64,000 nucleotides of DNA, taken from contig NC_086101.1 of the NCBI RefSeq assembly GCF_963921235.1, positions 620,001 through 684,000 on the forward strand, given 5' to 3'. A program made the translations under genes and the position numbers. The notes beneath the pieces were generated by a model. The model worked only from the letters and a program-made list of their open reading frames with translations, did not search any database and was not told the DNA's origin. Positions 23,222-36,700 of this stretch are shown piece after piece (positions within the stretch are counted from its first letter, which is position 1; each line of letters begins with the position of its first letter). The stretch is from Mobula hypostoma (taxonomy: Eukaryota).

Positions 23222-25566
23222 AAGACCATAAGACACAGGAGTAGAATTAGGCCATTCAGCCCATCGACTCCGCTCCGCCATTCCATCATGGCTGATCCCG
23301 GATCCCACTCAACCCCATACATCTGCCTTCTCGCCATATCATTTGATGGCCTGATCGACCAGGAAATTATCAGTTTCCGTCTTAAATATACCCACAGACT
23401 TGGCCTCCACCGCAGTCTGTGATAGAATTTTCCACAGGTTCACTACTCTCTAGCTAAAAATATTCTTCCTTACCTCTGTTCAAAAAGGTCTCTCTAGTCT
23501 GGATATCCCCACCACATGAAACAACCTCTCCACACCCACCCTATCTCGTCCTTTCAACACTCGGTAGGTTTCAATGAGATTCCCCTCTCCTTTCTGAGCT
23601 ATGGGACCCAAAATGTTGATTAAACTCAAAGTACGGCCTTACTTGTGTCTTACAAAGGCTCAGCATTATCTCCTTGCTTAAATATTCTATTCCCCTTCAA
23701 AGAAAAGCCAGCATTGCATTTCCCTTCTTTACCACAGACTCAACCTGCGAAATAACCTTCTGGGACTCTTGCAGGAGAACTCCTAAGACCCCTGCACCTG
23801 TGAATTTCTGTCTATTTAAATAGTACTGACCAATATTATTCCTTGGACCAAAATGCATGATCATACATTTCCAAACACTGTATTCAATCTGCCACCCTTT
23901 TTTAAACCATTCCTTCAATTTACCTAAGTCCTACTGCAATCGCATTGCTCCCTCAGCTCTACCCACCCTCCACCTATCTTTGCATCATCCACAAACTTTC
24001 CACAAAGCCATCAATTACATTATCTAAATCATTGACAGACAATGTGGCAGTCCCAATACTGACCCCTGTGTATCAGCACGAGTCACTGGCAGCCAAAATC
24101 CAAAGTGAGAAAGCACTATTTATTCCCAGTCACTGCCTCCTGCCTGTCAGCCATTCCTCTGTCCATGCCAGTATCTTTCCTGTAATGCCATAGAATTTTA
24201 TCGTGTTCTGAAGCCTCATGCGTGGTACCTTATCAAAGGCCTTCTGAAAATCCAAGTAAAGAAAATCCACAGCCTCTCATTTGTCCACCCTCCATATCAC
24301 TTCCTCAAAGAACTCTAACAGACTTGTTAGGCACGGTTTTCTTTTATAGAAACCATGTTGACATTGACTTATTTTATCATTAGTCTCCAAATATCTTGAA
24401 AACTCATCCTCAAAAAAAAAGGACTACAATAGTATCTGAAATAACATGCCTCTGTAATTCCCTTTATTCCACTGTGGTCAGGCTAAATGGTCTATAATTT
24501 CCTTTCTTTTGCATTCCTCCCTTCTTAAAGAGTGCAATTTTCCATTTTCCGGTCCTCCACGACCATGCCAGAATCAACTGATTCTTGACAGATCGTGACC
24601 AATGCATCCATGATCTCTTCAACATCCCTCAGGATTCTGGGATGTGGTCCATCTGGTCCAGCTGACATCCACCTTAAGACTTTCGAGTTTGTCCAGCTCT
24701 TTTTCCTTTGTAATAGCAAACTCACTCACTCCTGCTGTGTCTTCCACAGTGAAGACTGTTGCAAAGTATTCATTAAATTCATCTGCCACTTCTTTGTCCC
24801 CCATTACGACGTCACCGGTATTATTTTCAAGTGGTCCAATATCAACCCTATCTCCCTTTCACTCCTTATTTAACTGGGAAAAAAGCTCTTAGTATCCTGC
24901 TTTATATTATTGACTAGTTTGCCTCATATTTCATCTTCAACATTCTTATCACTTTTTCAGTTGCCTGTTGTTGGATTTTCAAAGCATCTAATAATCCAGA
25001 ATCCCACTCACTTTTGGTACCTTACCTGCCACTTCCTTAGGTTATACGCAGTCCTTAACTTCCTTTGTCAGCCACGGGTGCCTATCCCTGACACTTGAGA
25101 ACTTCTTCTGTGGGACATGTCTATCCTGTCCCTTGTAAACTATTCCCAGCTGCTTCAGCTACTTCTGTTCAGCCGTCATCCCACCAGTATCCTCCAATTC
25201 ACCTGGGCAAGTTCCTCACTCACGCCTCTGTAATTCCCTTTATTCTACTGTGAGACCGATACTTGTGACTTAGGCTTCTCCCTTTCAAATTGCCGTATGA
25301 ATTCAATTATATTATGATCACTGCTTTCTCAGTGTTCCTTTACTTTAAGCTCCCGAATAAGGTCAGGTTTATTGCACAAAACCCAATTCAAGATGGCCTT
25401 TCCCCGAGTAGGCCCAAGCACAAGCTGCTCTAAGAAGTTGTCTCATAGGCATTCAACAAATACCCTCTCTTGTGATCCGACACCAACCTGATTTTCCCAA
25501 TCCCCTTGCATATTGAAATCACTCATTACAATTGTGACATTACTATTATTACATGCCTTTTCCCAC
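23222..25566 (-). mobile_element. Decayed CR1 ORF2 plus 3'UTR
   Basis: MGDKEVADEFNEYFATVFT and AGPDGPHPRIL; 3' tail taagaccataagac. Confidence 0.85.
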
Positions 25567-27024
25567 TAAATACTGTGAATTAACTTAAAATCACTCCCAT
25601 AACTTAATAAAGTTTTTATGTGAAAACTATCTACCCCCCAAAGATTGTACTAAGACTGCAATTGATTTTTCAGCCTCATATGTTTCACGCTGAAATAGCA
25701 TCTGTTTAACAGTTTCATAATGACAAAATGTACACGACACAGAATGACCTTTACGACTTGGATACGAGGTATAATTAAGCATAGTGTGGGCAATTCTAAG
25801 TTGTGTCAATATAATTCCTTCCCTTCTTGTTTTAAGGCCCTCAACAGGTTTACGTATTTTGTAAAGGTGTCTGTCTGCATGTCCATCATCTTACAAGTCC
25901 TGTCATAAGCCCCTAATTTTTAACCCTTGGTTTCTGGTTTGCTAATTGGAAGGTCTGTATATCCACAGTTGAACTTTTAACAGCTTTTGTTGCGAAACAG
26001 TCACCCTGAACATTTCCCTGAACAGTGCAATGTGCTGTGTCCAAAAGATGCGGACATATAAACCAAACTTTGTATATGAAATACTGTTTGATAAGTTTCT
26101 AACAGCATATCTGCTAGAACTACCTGTTTTAATGCTTATCAAAGCCAAAAAGGATTCTGAAAAAATTACAAATTTGCAAGGACTAATTTCCTCCACCCAC
26201 ATAAGCCTAAAATGACGACAATGAATTGTGCTTCATATACTGATCAGTGGCTGGTAAGTCATTTCTTTATCATTACCTGCAATTCAGACACAAAGAAAGA
26301 AAACAGCCATACCAACATTCCCGGTTAAATTATCGTTTCATCCAGCTGTAAAAATGGTTACTGTATGATGATAACTGATGATCCAACAGGCTCTCAGGCA
26401 GAACAGAACCCTATTGTGTAACCTAAAATCAACTAAACACAAGGGGCTGCTATGGAGAAAGCTATGGTGGGTCATGTTGTATCATCCAATACACCCATAT
26501 TCCCAGCTTGATAAGAACCCAGTCACCCAAAACTAAAAACTTCCTTCTTCTGATGTTCCCAACAGTCCTCTAGCACACATTTAACAGGATGATATTTCTT
26601 TACCCCTCAAACTAATCCAGTATGTTAACAGTAACTTCACGTTCTATCATTGTAAGGGTAATTGTCCCACATGAACCAGTAAAGCCGAAACAGGAGACGA
26701 CATTACTGCACTACAACACAATCTTAAAGCCTGTGTTGGTATCACAACCAAACATTCTAAAATTGAAGACGAAGCTGATCATTAAGCCACACAGCCAGAA
26801 TCAAGAACAGATCGAATTAAGCAAATATAAACAATCAACAAAGACTTTCGTGTTGCACCCCAAGAATACCCACACATATCAGTTATTTTACTGATATGGT
26901 GTTTCCATGTTGGCTTATTATCCATCCACAAGCCTGGAAATCTTACTACTGACACTTCTTGAAGAATTTAATCATATAATTTCAAATCAAGCGCAGGTCT
27001 ATTAATCCTGTTTGTAAAACACAT
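25567..27024 (-). mobile_element. Decayed I-group (Nimb/I-like) LINE with RNase H, copy 1
   Basis: RNase H-like WVEEISPCKFVIFSESFLALISIKTG; homologous to 28778-30240 and 41900-43500. Confidence 0.7.
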
Positions 27025-28176
27025 ACACGAGGTAATCCGCAGATGCTGGAATTTCAAGCAACCCACATAAAAATTTCTGATGACCGCAGCAGGCCAGGCA
27101 GCATCTCTAGGAAGAGGTACAGTCGACGTTTCAGGCCGAGACCCTTCGTTAGGACAAACTGAAAGAAGAGACAGTGAGACATTTGAAAGTGGGAGGGGGA
27201 GGGGGAGATCCAAAATGATAGGAGAAGACAGGAGGGGGAGGAACAGAGCCAAGAGCAGGACGGGTGATTGGCAAAAGGGATATGAGAGGATCATAGGACA
27301 GGAGGTCCGGGGAGAAAGACAAGGGGGAGGGGGGAAAAACCCAGAGGATGGGCAAGCGGTATAGTCAGAGGGACAGAGGGAGAAAAAGGAGAGAGAGAAA
27401 ATAATAATAATAATAATGAATAAATAAATAACTAACGGATGGGGTACGAAGGGGAGGTGGGGCATTAGCAGAAGTTTGAGAAGTCAATGTTCATGCCATC
27501 AGGTTGGAGGCTACCCAGACGGAATATAAGGTGTTGTTCCTCCAACCTGAGTGTGGCTTCATCTTGACGGTAGAGGAGGCCGTGGATAGACATGTCAGAA
27601 TGGGAATGGGATGTGGCATTAAAATGTGTGGTCACCGGGAGATCCTGCTTTCCCTGGCGGACAGAGCGTAGGTGTTCAGCGAAACGGTCTCCCAGCCTGC
27701 GTCCGGTCTCTCCAATATACAGAAGGCCACATCAGGAGCACCGGACACAGTATACCACCCCAGCCGACTCACAGGTGAAGTGTTGCCTCACCTGGAAGGA
27801 CTGTCTGGGGCCCTGAATGGTGGTGAGAGAGGAAGTGTAAGGGCATGTGTAGCACATGTGTAGTTCTTCCCCCCACCACCCTTTTCCTTCTCCCTGGGCC
27901 TCCTGTCCCATGATCCTCTCATATCCCTTTTGCCAATCAACTGTCCAGCTCTTGGCTCCATCCCTCCCCCTCCTGTCTCCTCCTATTATTTCAGGTCTCT
28001 CCCTCCCACTTTCAAATCTCTTACTAGCTTTTCTTTCAGTTAGTCCTGACGAAGGGTCTCGGCCCGAAACGTCGACTGTACCTCTTCCTAGAGATGCTGC
28101 CTGGCCTGCTGTGTTCACCAGCAACTTTGATGTGTGTTGCTTGAATTTCCAGCATCTGCAGAATTCCTCATGTTTA
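27025..28176. mobile_element. PLE with GIY-YIG remnant and an inverted terminal-repeat copy
   Basis: 27025-27350 is the reverse complement of about 27865-28176. Minus-strand QSFQVRQHFTCESAGVVYCVRCS*CGLLYIGETGRRL is a GIY-YIG domain. Confidence 0.9.
28042..28077 (+). ncRNA. Minimal type-I hammerhead ribozyme motif (PLE-associated)
   Basis: AGUC CUGACGA a GGGU-CUCG-GCCC GAA ACGU C GACU: stem I AGUC/GACU, intact core, stem II, palindromic ACGU mini-stem III, GUC cleavage triplet. Confidence 0.75.
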
Positions 28177-28289
28177 AAAGTATGATTTCTATCTTCCTGC
28201 TTTTATGCAGACAGACATATTTTTCACTTTTGTTTATTTGCTTCAAATTTTCATTGGATCCCACTTTGATGTGTAAAAACATGAAAGAT

Positions 28290-28777
28290 AGGAGCAGACA
28301 GTGGCCATTCTGGCCGTTGAGCTTATTCTATTAATCAACAAGATATTCAAACTATTCCCAGATGCTTCAGCCACCTCTGCTCACCATCACCCCACCAGTA
28401 TCCTCCTCCAATTCACCTGGGCAGGTTCCTCTCTCATGGCTCTGTAATTCACTTTATTCCATTGCGAGACTGATATATGTGACTTAGGCTTCTCCCTCTC
28501 AAATTGCAGTATGAATTCAATTATGTTATGATCAATGCCTTCTAACGGTTCCTTTACTTTAAGCTCCTGAATAAGATCAGGGTTATTATACAACACCCAA
28601 CCCACGATGGCCTTTACCCGAGTCGGCCCAAGCACAAGCAGCTCTAAAAAGTCGACTTGTAGGCATTCAACAAATTCCCTCTCGTGATCCGACACCAACC
28701 TGATTTTCCCAATCCCCTTGCATATTGAAATCCTTCATTACAATTGTGACATTACTATTATTACATGCCTTTTCCCA
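28290..28777 (-). mobile_element. CR1 APE fragment (duplicate of 25138-25566)
   Basis: EREFVECLQVDFLELLVLGPTR...EPLEGIDHNIIEF. Confidence 0.85.
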
Positions 28778-30715
28778 CTAAATACTGTGAATTAACTTAA
28801 AGTCACTCCCAGATCTTAATAAAGTTTTTATCTGAAAACTGTGTACCCCACAAAGATTGTACTGAAACCGCAACTGAATTTTCAGCCTTATATGCTTCAC
28901 ACTGAAATAGTATGTGTTTAACAGTTTCATAATGTCAAAATGTACACGACACAGAATGAAGTTTTCCAATTAGATACAAGGTATAATTAAGCATATTTTG
29001 GGCAATTTGAAGTCGTGTCAATATAATTCTTTCCCTTCTTTCTTCTATAAACCCAGCAGGTTTATGTATTCTGTAAAGGTGTCTGTCCTTATGTCCATTA
29101 CCCTACAAGTCTTGCCATAAGCCACTAGTTCTTAACCCTCAGCTTCTGGTTTGCTAAGTGGAAGGTCTATGTCAACAGTTGAACTTTTAACAGGTTTTCT
29201 TGCTGAACAGTCAGCCTGATCATTTCCCTCAATAGTGCAATGTGCAGTGTCCATAATGTGAAGACATATGAACCAAACTTTGTAACAGCAAATCTGACCT
29301 ACTGCTAGAATGACCTGCTTTAAGTCTCATCAAAACCAAAAAGGATTCTGAACAAATTACATATTTGTAAGGACCAATTTCTTCCACCCACTGTAAGCCT
29401 AAAAGGATGGCAATGAATTGTGCTTCATATACTGATTCGGGGCTGGTAAGTCATTTCTTTATCATTACCTGCAATTCAGACACAAAGAAAGAAAACAGCC
29501 ACACCAACATTCTTGGTTAAATTATCATTTCATCCATCAGTAAAAATGGTTACCGTATGATAATAACTTTCATTAATATACAGATGTATCAGCAGACTCT
29601 CAGGCAGAACAGAATCCTATTGTGTAACGTAAAATCATCTGAAGTCATTGGAAAAAACAAGGTGGTACTACAGAGAAAGCTACAATGGGACATGCTGTAT
29701 CATCCAATACACCCATATTCCCAGCTTGATAAGAACCCAGCCACCCAAAACTAAAAACATTCTTTTTGTGATGTTCCCAACAGTCCTCTAGCACACAGGT
29801 AACAGAATGATATTTCTTTACCCCTCAGATTAATCCAGTATGTTAACATCAACTTCACCCTCTGTCATTGTGAGGGCAATTGTCCCAGTTCAATCAGTAA
29901 AGCCGAAACCGGAGACAACCTTTCTGCACCACAACACAATCTTAAAGTCTGTGTTGGTATCACATCCAAACAGAATAAAGTTGAAGATGAAGCTGATCCT
30001 TAAGCCACACAGCCAGAATCAAGAACAGATCGAATTAAACAAATATAAACAATCAAAGATTTTCATGTTACACCCCCAAGAATACCCACATGTATCAATT
30101 ATTTTACTGATATGGTGCTTCCATGTCAGTTCATTATCCATCCACATGCCTGGAAAATTTACCACTGACAATTCCTCAAGAGTTTAATCATATAATTTCA
30201 AATCATGTGCTGGTCTATTAATCCTGTTTCTAAAACACATAACATGTTTTAGTGACTGAAAGCTTAAAATCTTCATCCATTTCCCCACTGTTTGACCTGT
30301 TAATTGTAAATTGCATCCTATTTACAGTAAAATTGAAATACCACCTCTAAACTATAAAGTTACATTATCTGTATATAGTGATTAACCCACCAGAGTACCT
30401 ATCTCAGAGAAAATATCATTAATCATAATATTAAATAATGAAGGGCTACAAATACTGCCTTGTGAGGTCCCATTCTCTATCTCATAGAAACACAAACATA
30501 GCGTGCCCACCCGTACCTGCACAGTCCATCCAAGTAAAAAACAACTCAGATCAGTTATGCAATCTCCCCTCATTCCGTAATTTCCAAAATTTAATCAAAA
30601 GTTCTTCATTCTATGTGTTTACAATATTAAAAATATTGCTATAACAACATCTTTATTTAACTGAGCATTCCTATACTCATCTTCCAAACCTAAAACTGAC
30701 TCCCATGTCACAGCT
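28778..30715 (-). mobile_element. Decayed I-group LINE (RT plus RNase H), copy 2
   Basis: VQVRVGT...ENGTSQGSICSPSLFNIMINDIF. Probably continues at 37860-38700 beyond the CR1 nest. Confidence 0.75.
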
Positions 30716-30744
30716 AACGGTATGAGCTAACAGTTTAAAAAGTT

Positions 30745-33700
30745 TGTCTGTTTGGCGAGGTAAGTGGGTGAGTAGACTTATTTTTCCTGTTTCATTCCTG
30801 TAGAATTAGATAGCATGCCTACAGGGTTAGTGCTTTGTTCAGGGCGTCAGATGTGGGGATCCTCGGAGACTTCCAGCCTCCCTGATGGAGACCCTGTTAG
30901 GGATCTGGAGCTGCAGCTTGATGACCTACTGCTTATCAGGGAAAGTGAAGAGGTGATAGATGGGAGCTAAAGGGAGGTAGTCATCCCGAGGCTATAGAGG
31001 TCAGAAAACTGGGTCACTGTCAAGAGAGGGAAGGGAAATGCCCGGATAGTGGAGAGCACACCTGTGGCTGTCCCCCTCAGCAGCAAATATCTTGTTCTGG
31101 ATGCTGTTGAGGGGGATGACCTGACAGGGGACGCCCACGGTGACCGGGTCTCTGGCACTGAGCCAGGCGCTGTTGTGCAGGAGAGAAGGAGGGAGAAGAG
31201 AAATGCAGTAGTCATAGGGGATTCCAGAGTCAGGGGAACGGACAGGAGATTCTGTGAGCCTGATAGAGATACCAGCATGGTGTGTTGCCTCCCAGGTGCC
31301 AGGGTACAGGATGTCTCGGATCGGGTCCTGAATATTCTAAAGGGGGAGGGTGAGCAGCCAGTTGTCTTGGTACATGTTGGTACCAATGACACAGATAGGA
31401 CAAAGGAGGAGGTCCTGAAGAGAGATTTCCAGGAGTTAGGAAGGAAGCTGAGAAGCAGGACCTCCAGGGTAGTAATCTCGGGATTGCTACCTGTGCCTCG
31501 TGTTAGCGAGGGCAAGAATAGGAGGATCAGGCAGATGAATGCGTGGCTGAGAGACTGGTGCAGGGGGCAGGGCTTCAGATTCTTGGATAATTAGGATCTC
31601 TTCTGGGGGAAGTATGACCTGTTCAAAAAGGACAGGTTACACCTGAACTCGAAGGGGACCAATATCCTGGCGGGAAAGTTTAATAGAGCTGTAAGGGCGG
31701 GTTTAAACTATTTGGCAGGGGGATGGGAACCGGAATGACAGAGCGGAGGAAGGGGAAAACAGAAATAAATCTAAGATAGTGAGCAGTAAAGATGTCAGGA
31801 AAGACAGGCAGGTGATGGGGCAAATTTGTAGCCATTGGGATGAGTTGCAGTGAAATCAAAGCGAAAAGTATCAAATACTGGTCTTAAGGTGTTGTACTTA
31901 AATTCACGCAGCAGGTATGATATTGTGGCCATCACTGAGACCTGGCTAAAGGGTGCATGTTTCTGGGAGCTGAACTTCCAAGGATACACGGTGTATCGGA
32001 AGAATAGGAAGGTAGGCAGAAGGGGAGGCGTGGCTTTATTGGTAAGAAATGATATTAAATCATTAGAAAGAGGTGATATAGGATCGGAAGGTGCAGAATC
32101 TTTATGGGTTGAGCGAAGAAATAGCAGGGGTAAAAGGACCCTGATGGCAGTTATTTATAGGCCTCCAAACAGCTGCAGGGATGTGGACTACAAATTACAA
32201 CTGGAAATAGAAAAGGCTTGTCAGAAGGGCAGTGTTATGATAATTGTGGGGGATTTTAACATGCGAGTGGATTGGGAAAATCAGGTTGGCACTGGATCTC
32301 AAGAGAGAGAATTTGTAGAATGTCTGCGAGATGGCTTTTTAGAACAGCTTGTTGTTGAGCCCACCAGGGGATCGGCTGTACTGGATTGGGTATTGTGTAC
32401 TGAACCAGAGGTGATTAGAGAGATTGAGGTGAAGGAACCTTTAGGAGGCAGTGATCATAACATAGTTGAGTTCACTGTGAAATTAGAAAAAGAGAAGCCG
32501 AAATCTGATGTATTGGTATTTCAGTGGAGTAAAGGAAATTACAGTGGCATGAGAGAGGAAATGGCCAAAGTTGACTGGAAAGAGACACTGGCGGGAAAGA
32601 CGGCAGAGCAGCAGTGGCTGGAGTTTATGCGAGAAATGAGGAATGTGCAAGACAGGTATATTCCAAAAAAGAAGAAATTTTCGAGTGGGAAAAGGATTCA
32701 ACCGTGTTGACAAGAGAAGTCAAACCCAAAGTTAAGGCAAAGGAGAGGGCATACAAGGAAGCAAAATTGGTGGGAAGACAGAGGATTGGGAAGTTTTTAA
32801 AACCTTACAAAAGGAAGCCAAGAAGGTCATTAAGAGGGAAAAGATTAACTATGAAAGGAAGCTAGCAAATAATATCAAAGAGGATACTAAAAGCTTTTTC
32901 GAGTATATAAAGAGTAAAAGACAGGTGAGAGTAGATATAGGACAGATAGCAAATGATGCTGGAGAAATTGTAATGGGAGATAAGGAGATGGCAGAGGAAC
33001 TGAATGAGTATTTAGCATCAGTCTTCACTGAGGAAGACATCAGCAGTATACCGGACACTCAAGGGTGGCAGGGAAGAGAAGTGTGCACAGTCACAATTAT
33101 GACAGAGAAAGTACTCAGGAAGCTGAATAGTCTAAAGGTAGATAAATCTCCTGGACCAGATGGAATGCACCCTCGTGTTCTGAAGGAAGTAGCTGTGGAG
33201 ATTGCGGAGGCATTAGCAATGATCTTTCAAAAGTCGATAGATCCGGGCATGGTTCCGGAGGACTGGAAGATTGCAAATGTCACTCCGCTATTTAAGAAGG
33301 GGGAAAGGAAGCAAAAAGGAAATTATAGACCTGTTAGCTTGACATCGGTGGTTGGGAAGTTGTTGGAGTCGATTGTCAGAGATGAAGTTACAGAGTACCT
33401 GGAGGCATATGACAACATAGGCAGAACTCAGCATGGATTCCTCAAAGGAAAATCCTGCCTGACAAACCTATTACAATTTTTTGAGGAAATTACCAGGAGG
33501 CTAGACAAGGGAGATGCAGTGGATGTTGTATATTTGGATTTTCAGAAGGCCTTTGACAAGGTGCTACACATGAGGCTGCTTAACAAGATAAGAGCCCATG
33601 GAATTACGGGAAAGTTACATACGTGGATAGAGCATTGGCTGATTGGCAGGAATCAGAGAGTGGGAATAAAGGGATCCTATTTTCGTTGGCTGACGGTTAC

Positions 33701-36700
33701 CAGTGGTGTTCCACAGGGGTCCGTGTTGGGGCTGCTTCTTTTTACATTGTACATCAACGATTTGGATTATGGAATAGATGGCTTTGTGGCTAAGTTTGCT
33801 GACGATACGAAGATAGGTGGAGGGACCGGTAGTGCTGAGGAAATGGAGAGTCTGCAGAGAGACTTGGATAGATTGGAAGAATGGGCAGAGAAGTGGCAAA
33901 TGAAGTACAATGTTGGAAAGTGTATGGTTATGCACTTTGGCAGAAAAAATAAACGAGCAGACTATTATTTAAATGGGGAAAGAATTCAAAGTTCTGAGAT
34001 GCAACGGGACTTGGGAGTCCTCGTGTAGGATACCCTTAAAGTTAACCTCCAGGTTGAGTCAGTAGTGAAGAAGGCGAATGCAATGTTGGCTTTCATTTCT
34101 AGAGGAATAGAGTATAGGAGCAGGGATGTGATGTTGAGGCTCTATAAGGTGCTGGTGAGACCTCACTTGGAGTACTGTGGGCAGTTTTGGTCTCCTTATT
34201 TAAGAAAGGATGTGCTGATGTTGCAGAAGGTACAGAGAAGATTCACTAGAATGATTCCGAGAATGAGAGGGTTAACATATGAGGAACGTTTGTCCGCTCT
34301 TGGACTGTATTAGAAACATAGAAACATGGAAAATAGGTGCAGGAGTAGGCTATTCGGCCCTTCGAGCCTGCCCGCCAGGAGTATGATCATGGCTGATCAT
34401 CCACCTCAGAACCCTGACCAGCCTTCCCTCCATACGCTCTGATCCCTTTAGCCACATGGGCCATATCTAACTCCCTCTTAAATACAGACAATGAACTGGC
34501 CTCAACTGTTTCCTGTGGCAGACAATTCCACAGATTCACCACTCGCTGTGTGAAGAAGCTTTTCCTAATCTCTGTCCTAGAAGGCTTCCCCTTTATCCTC
34601 AAACTGTGACCCCTCGTTCTGGACTTCCCCAACATCGGGAACAATCTTCCTGCATCTAGCCTGTCCAATCCCTTTAAGATTTTATACGTTTCAATCAGAT
34701 CCCCCCTCAATCTTCTAAATTCCAAATTCCAACAAGTATAAGCCTAGTTCACCCAGTCTTTCATCAAATGAAAGTCTTGCCATTCCAGGAATCAAACTGG
34801 TGAACCTTCCTTACACTCCCTCTATGGCAAGGATGTCTTTCCTCAGATTATGGACCAAAACTGCACACAATACTCCAGGTGTGGTCTCACCAAGGCCTTG
34901 TACAACTGCAGTAGTACCTCCCTGCTCCTGTACTCGAATCCGCTTGCTATGAATACCAGCATACCATTCACCTTTTTCACCGCCTGCTGTACCTGCATGC
35001 CCATTTTCAATGACTGGTGTATAATGACACCCAGGTCTTGTTGCACCTCCCCTTTTCCTAATCGGCCACCATTCAGATAATAATCTGTTTTCCTGTTTTT
35101 GCCACCAAAATGGAGAACCTCACATTTATCCACATTAAATTGCATCTGCCATGAATTTGCCCACTCACCTAACCAATCGAAGTCACCCTGCATCCTCTTA
35201 GCATCCTCCTCACAGCTAACACTGCCGCCCAGCTTCGTGTCATCCGCAGACTTGGAGATGCTGCATTTAATTCCCTCATCCAAGTCATTAATATATATTG
35301 TAAACAACTCGGGTCCCAGCACTGAGCCTTGCGGTACCCCACTAGTCACTGCCTGCCATTCTGAAAAGGTCCCGTTTATTTCCACTCTTTGCTTCCTGTC
35401 TGCCAACCAATTCTCTATCCACATCAATACCTTACCCCCAATACCATGTGCTTTAAGTTTGCACACTAATCTCCTGTGTGGGACCTTGTCAAAAGCCTTT
35501 TGAAAATGCAAATATACGACATCTACTGGTTCTCCCCTATCCACTCTACCAGTTACATCCGCAAAAAATTCTGTGAGATTCGTCAGATATGATTTTCCTT
35601 TCACAAATCCATGCTGACTTTGTCCGATGATTTCACCGCTTTCCGAATGTGCTGTTATCACATCTTTGATAACTGACTCTAGCAGTTTCCCCACCACCGA
35701 TGTTAGGCTAACCGGTCTGTAATTCCCCGGTTTCTCTCTTCCTCCTTTTTTAAATAGTGGAGTTGCATTAGCCACCCTCCAATCCTCAGGAACTAGTCCA
35801 GAATCTAAAGAGTTTTGAAAAATGATCACTAATGCATCCATTATTTCTTGGGCTACTTCTTTAAGAACTTTGGATGCAGACCATCTGGCCCTGGGGATTT
35901 ATCTGCCTTTAATCCCTTCAATTTACCTAACACCACTTCAGGTGAGCCACTTTCTCTGGCTAATTTGTATGCTTCTTCTTTGGAATTGATACTATCCCTT
36001 CAATTTACCCCACACCACTTTCCTACTAACATGTATTTCGCTCAGTTCCTCCATCTCACTGGACCCTCTATCCCCTACTATTTCTGGAAGATTATTTATG
36101 TCCTCCTTATTGAAGACAGAACCAAAGTAATTATTCAATTGGTCTGCCATGTCCTTGCTCCCCATAATCAATTCACCTGTTTCTGTCTGTAGGGGACCTA
36201 CATTTGTCTTTACCAGTCTTCTCCTTTTTACATATCTATAAAAGCTTTTACAGTCAGTTTTTATGTTCCCTGCCAGTTTTCTCTCATAATCTTTTTCCCC
36301 TTCATAATTAAGCCCTTGGTCCTCCTCTGCTGAACTCTGAATTTCTCCCAGTCCTCAGGTGAGCCAGTTTTTCTGGCTAATTTGTAAGCTTCTTCTTTGG
36401 AATTGATACTGTCCCTAATTTCTCCTGTCAGCCACGGGTGCACTACCTTCCTTGATTTATTCTTTTGCCAAACTGGGATGAACAATTGTTGTAGTTCATC
36501 CATGCAATCCTTAAATGCTTGCCATTGCATATCCACCGTCAATCCTTTAAGTGTCATTTGCCAGTCTATCTTAGCTAATTCATGTCTCATACCTTCAAAG
36601 TTACCCCTCTTTAAGTTCAGAACCTTTGTTTCTGAATTAACTATGTCACTCTCCATCTTAATGAAGAATTCCACCATATTATGGTCACTCTTACCCAAGT

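Noticed and set aside
31049..31594. SGNH/GDSL esterase as a host gene
   Set aside because: It is the known esterase domain of CR1 ORF1, directly upstream of ORF2, and has a premature stop.
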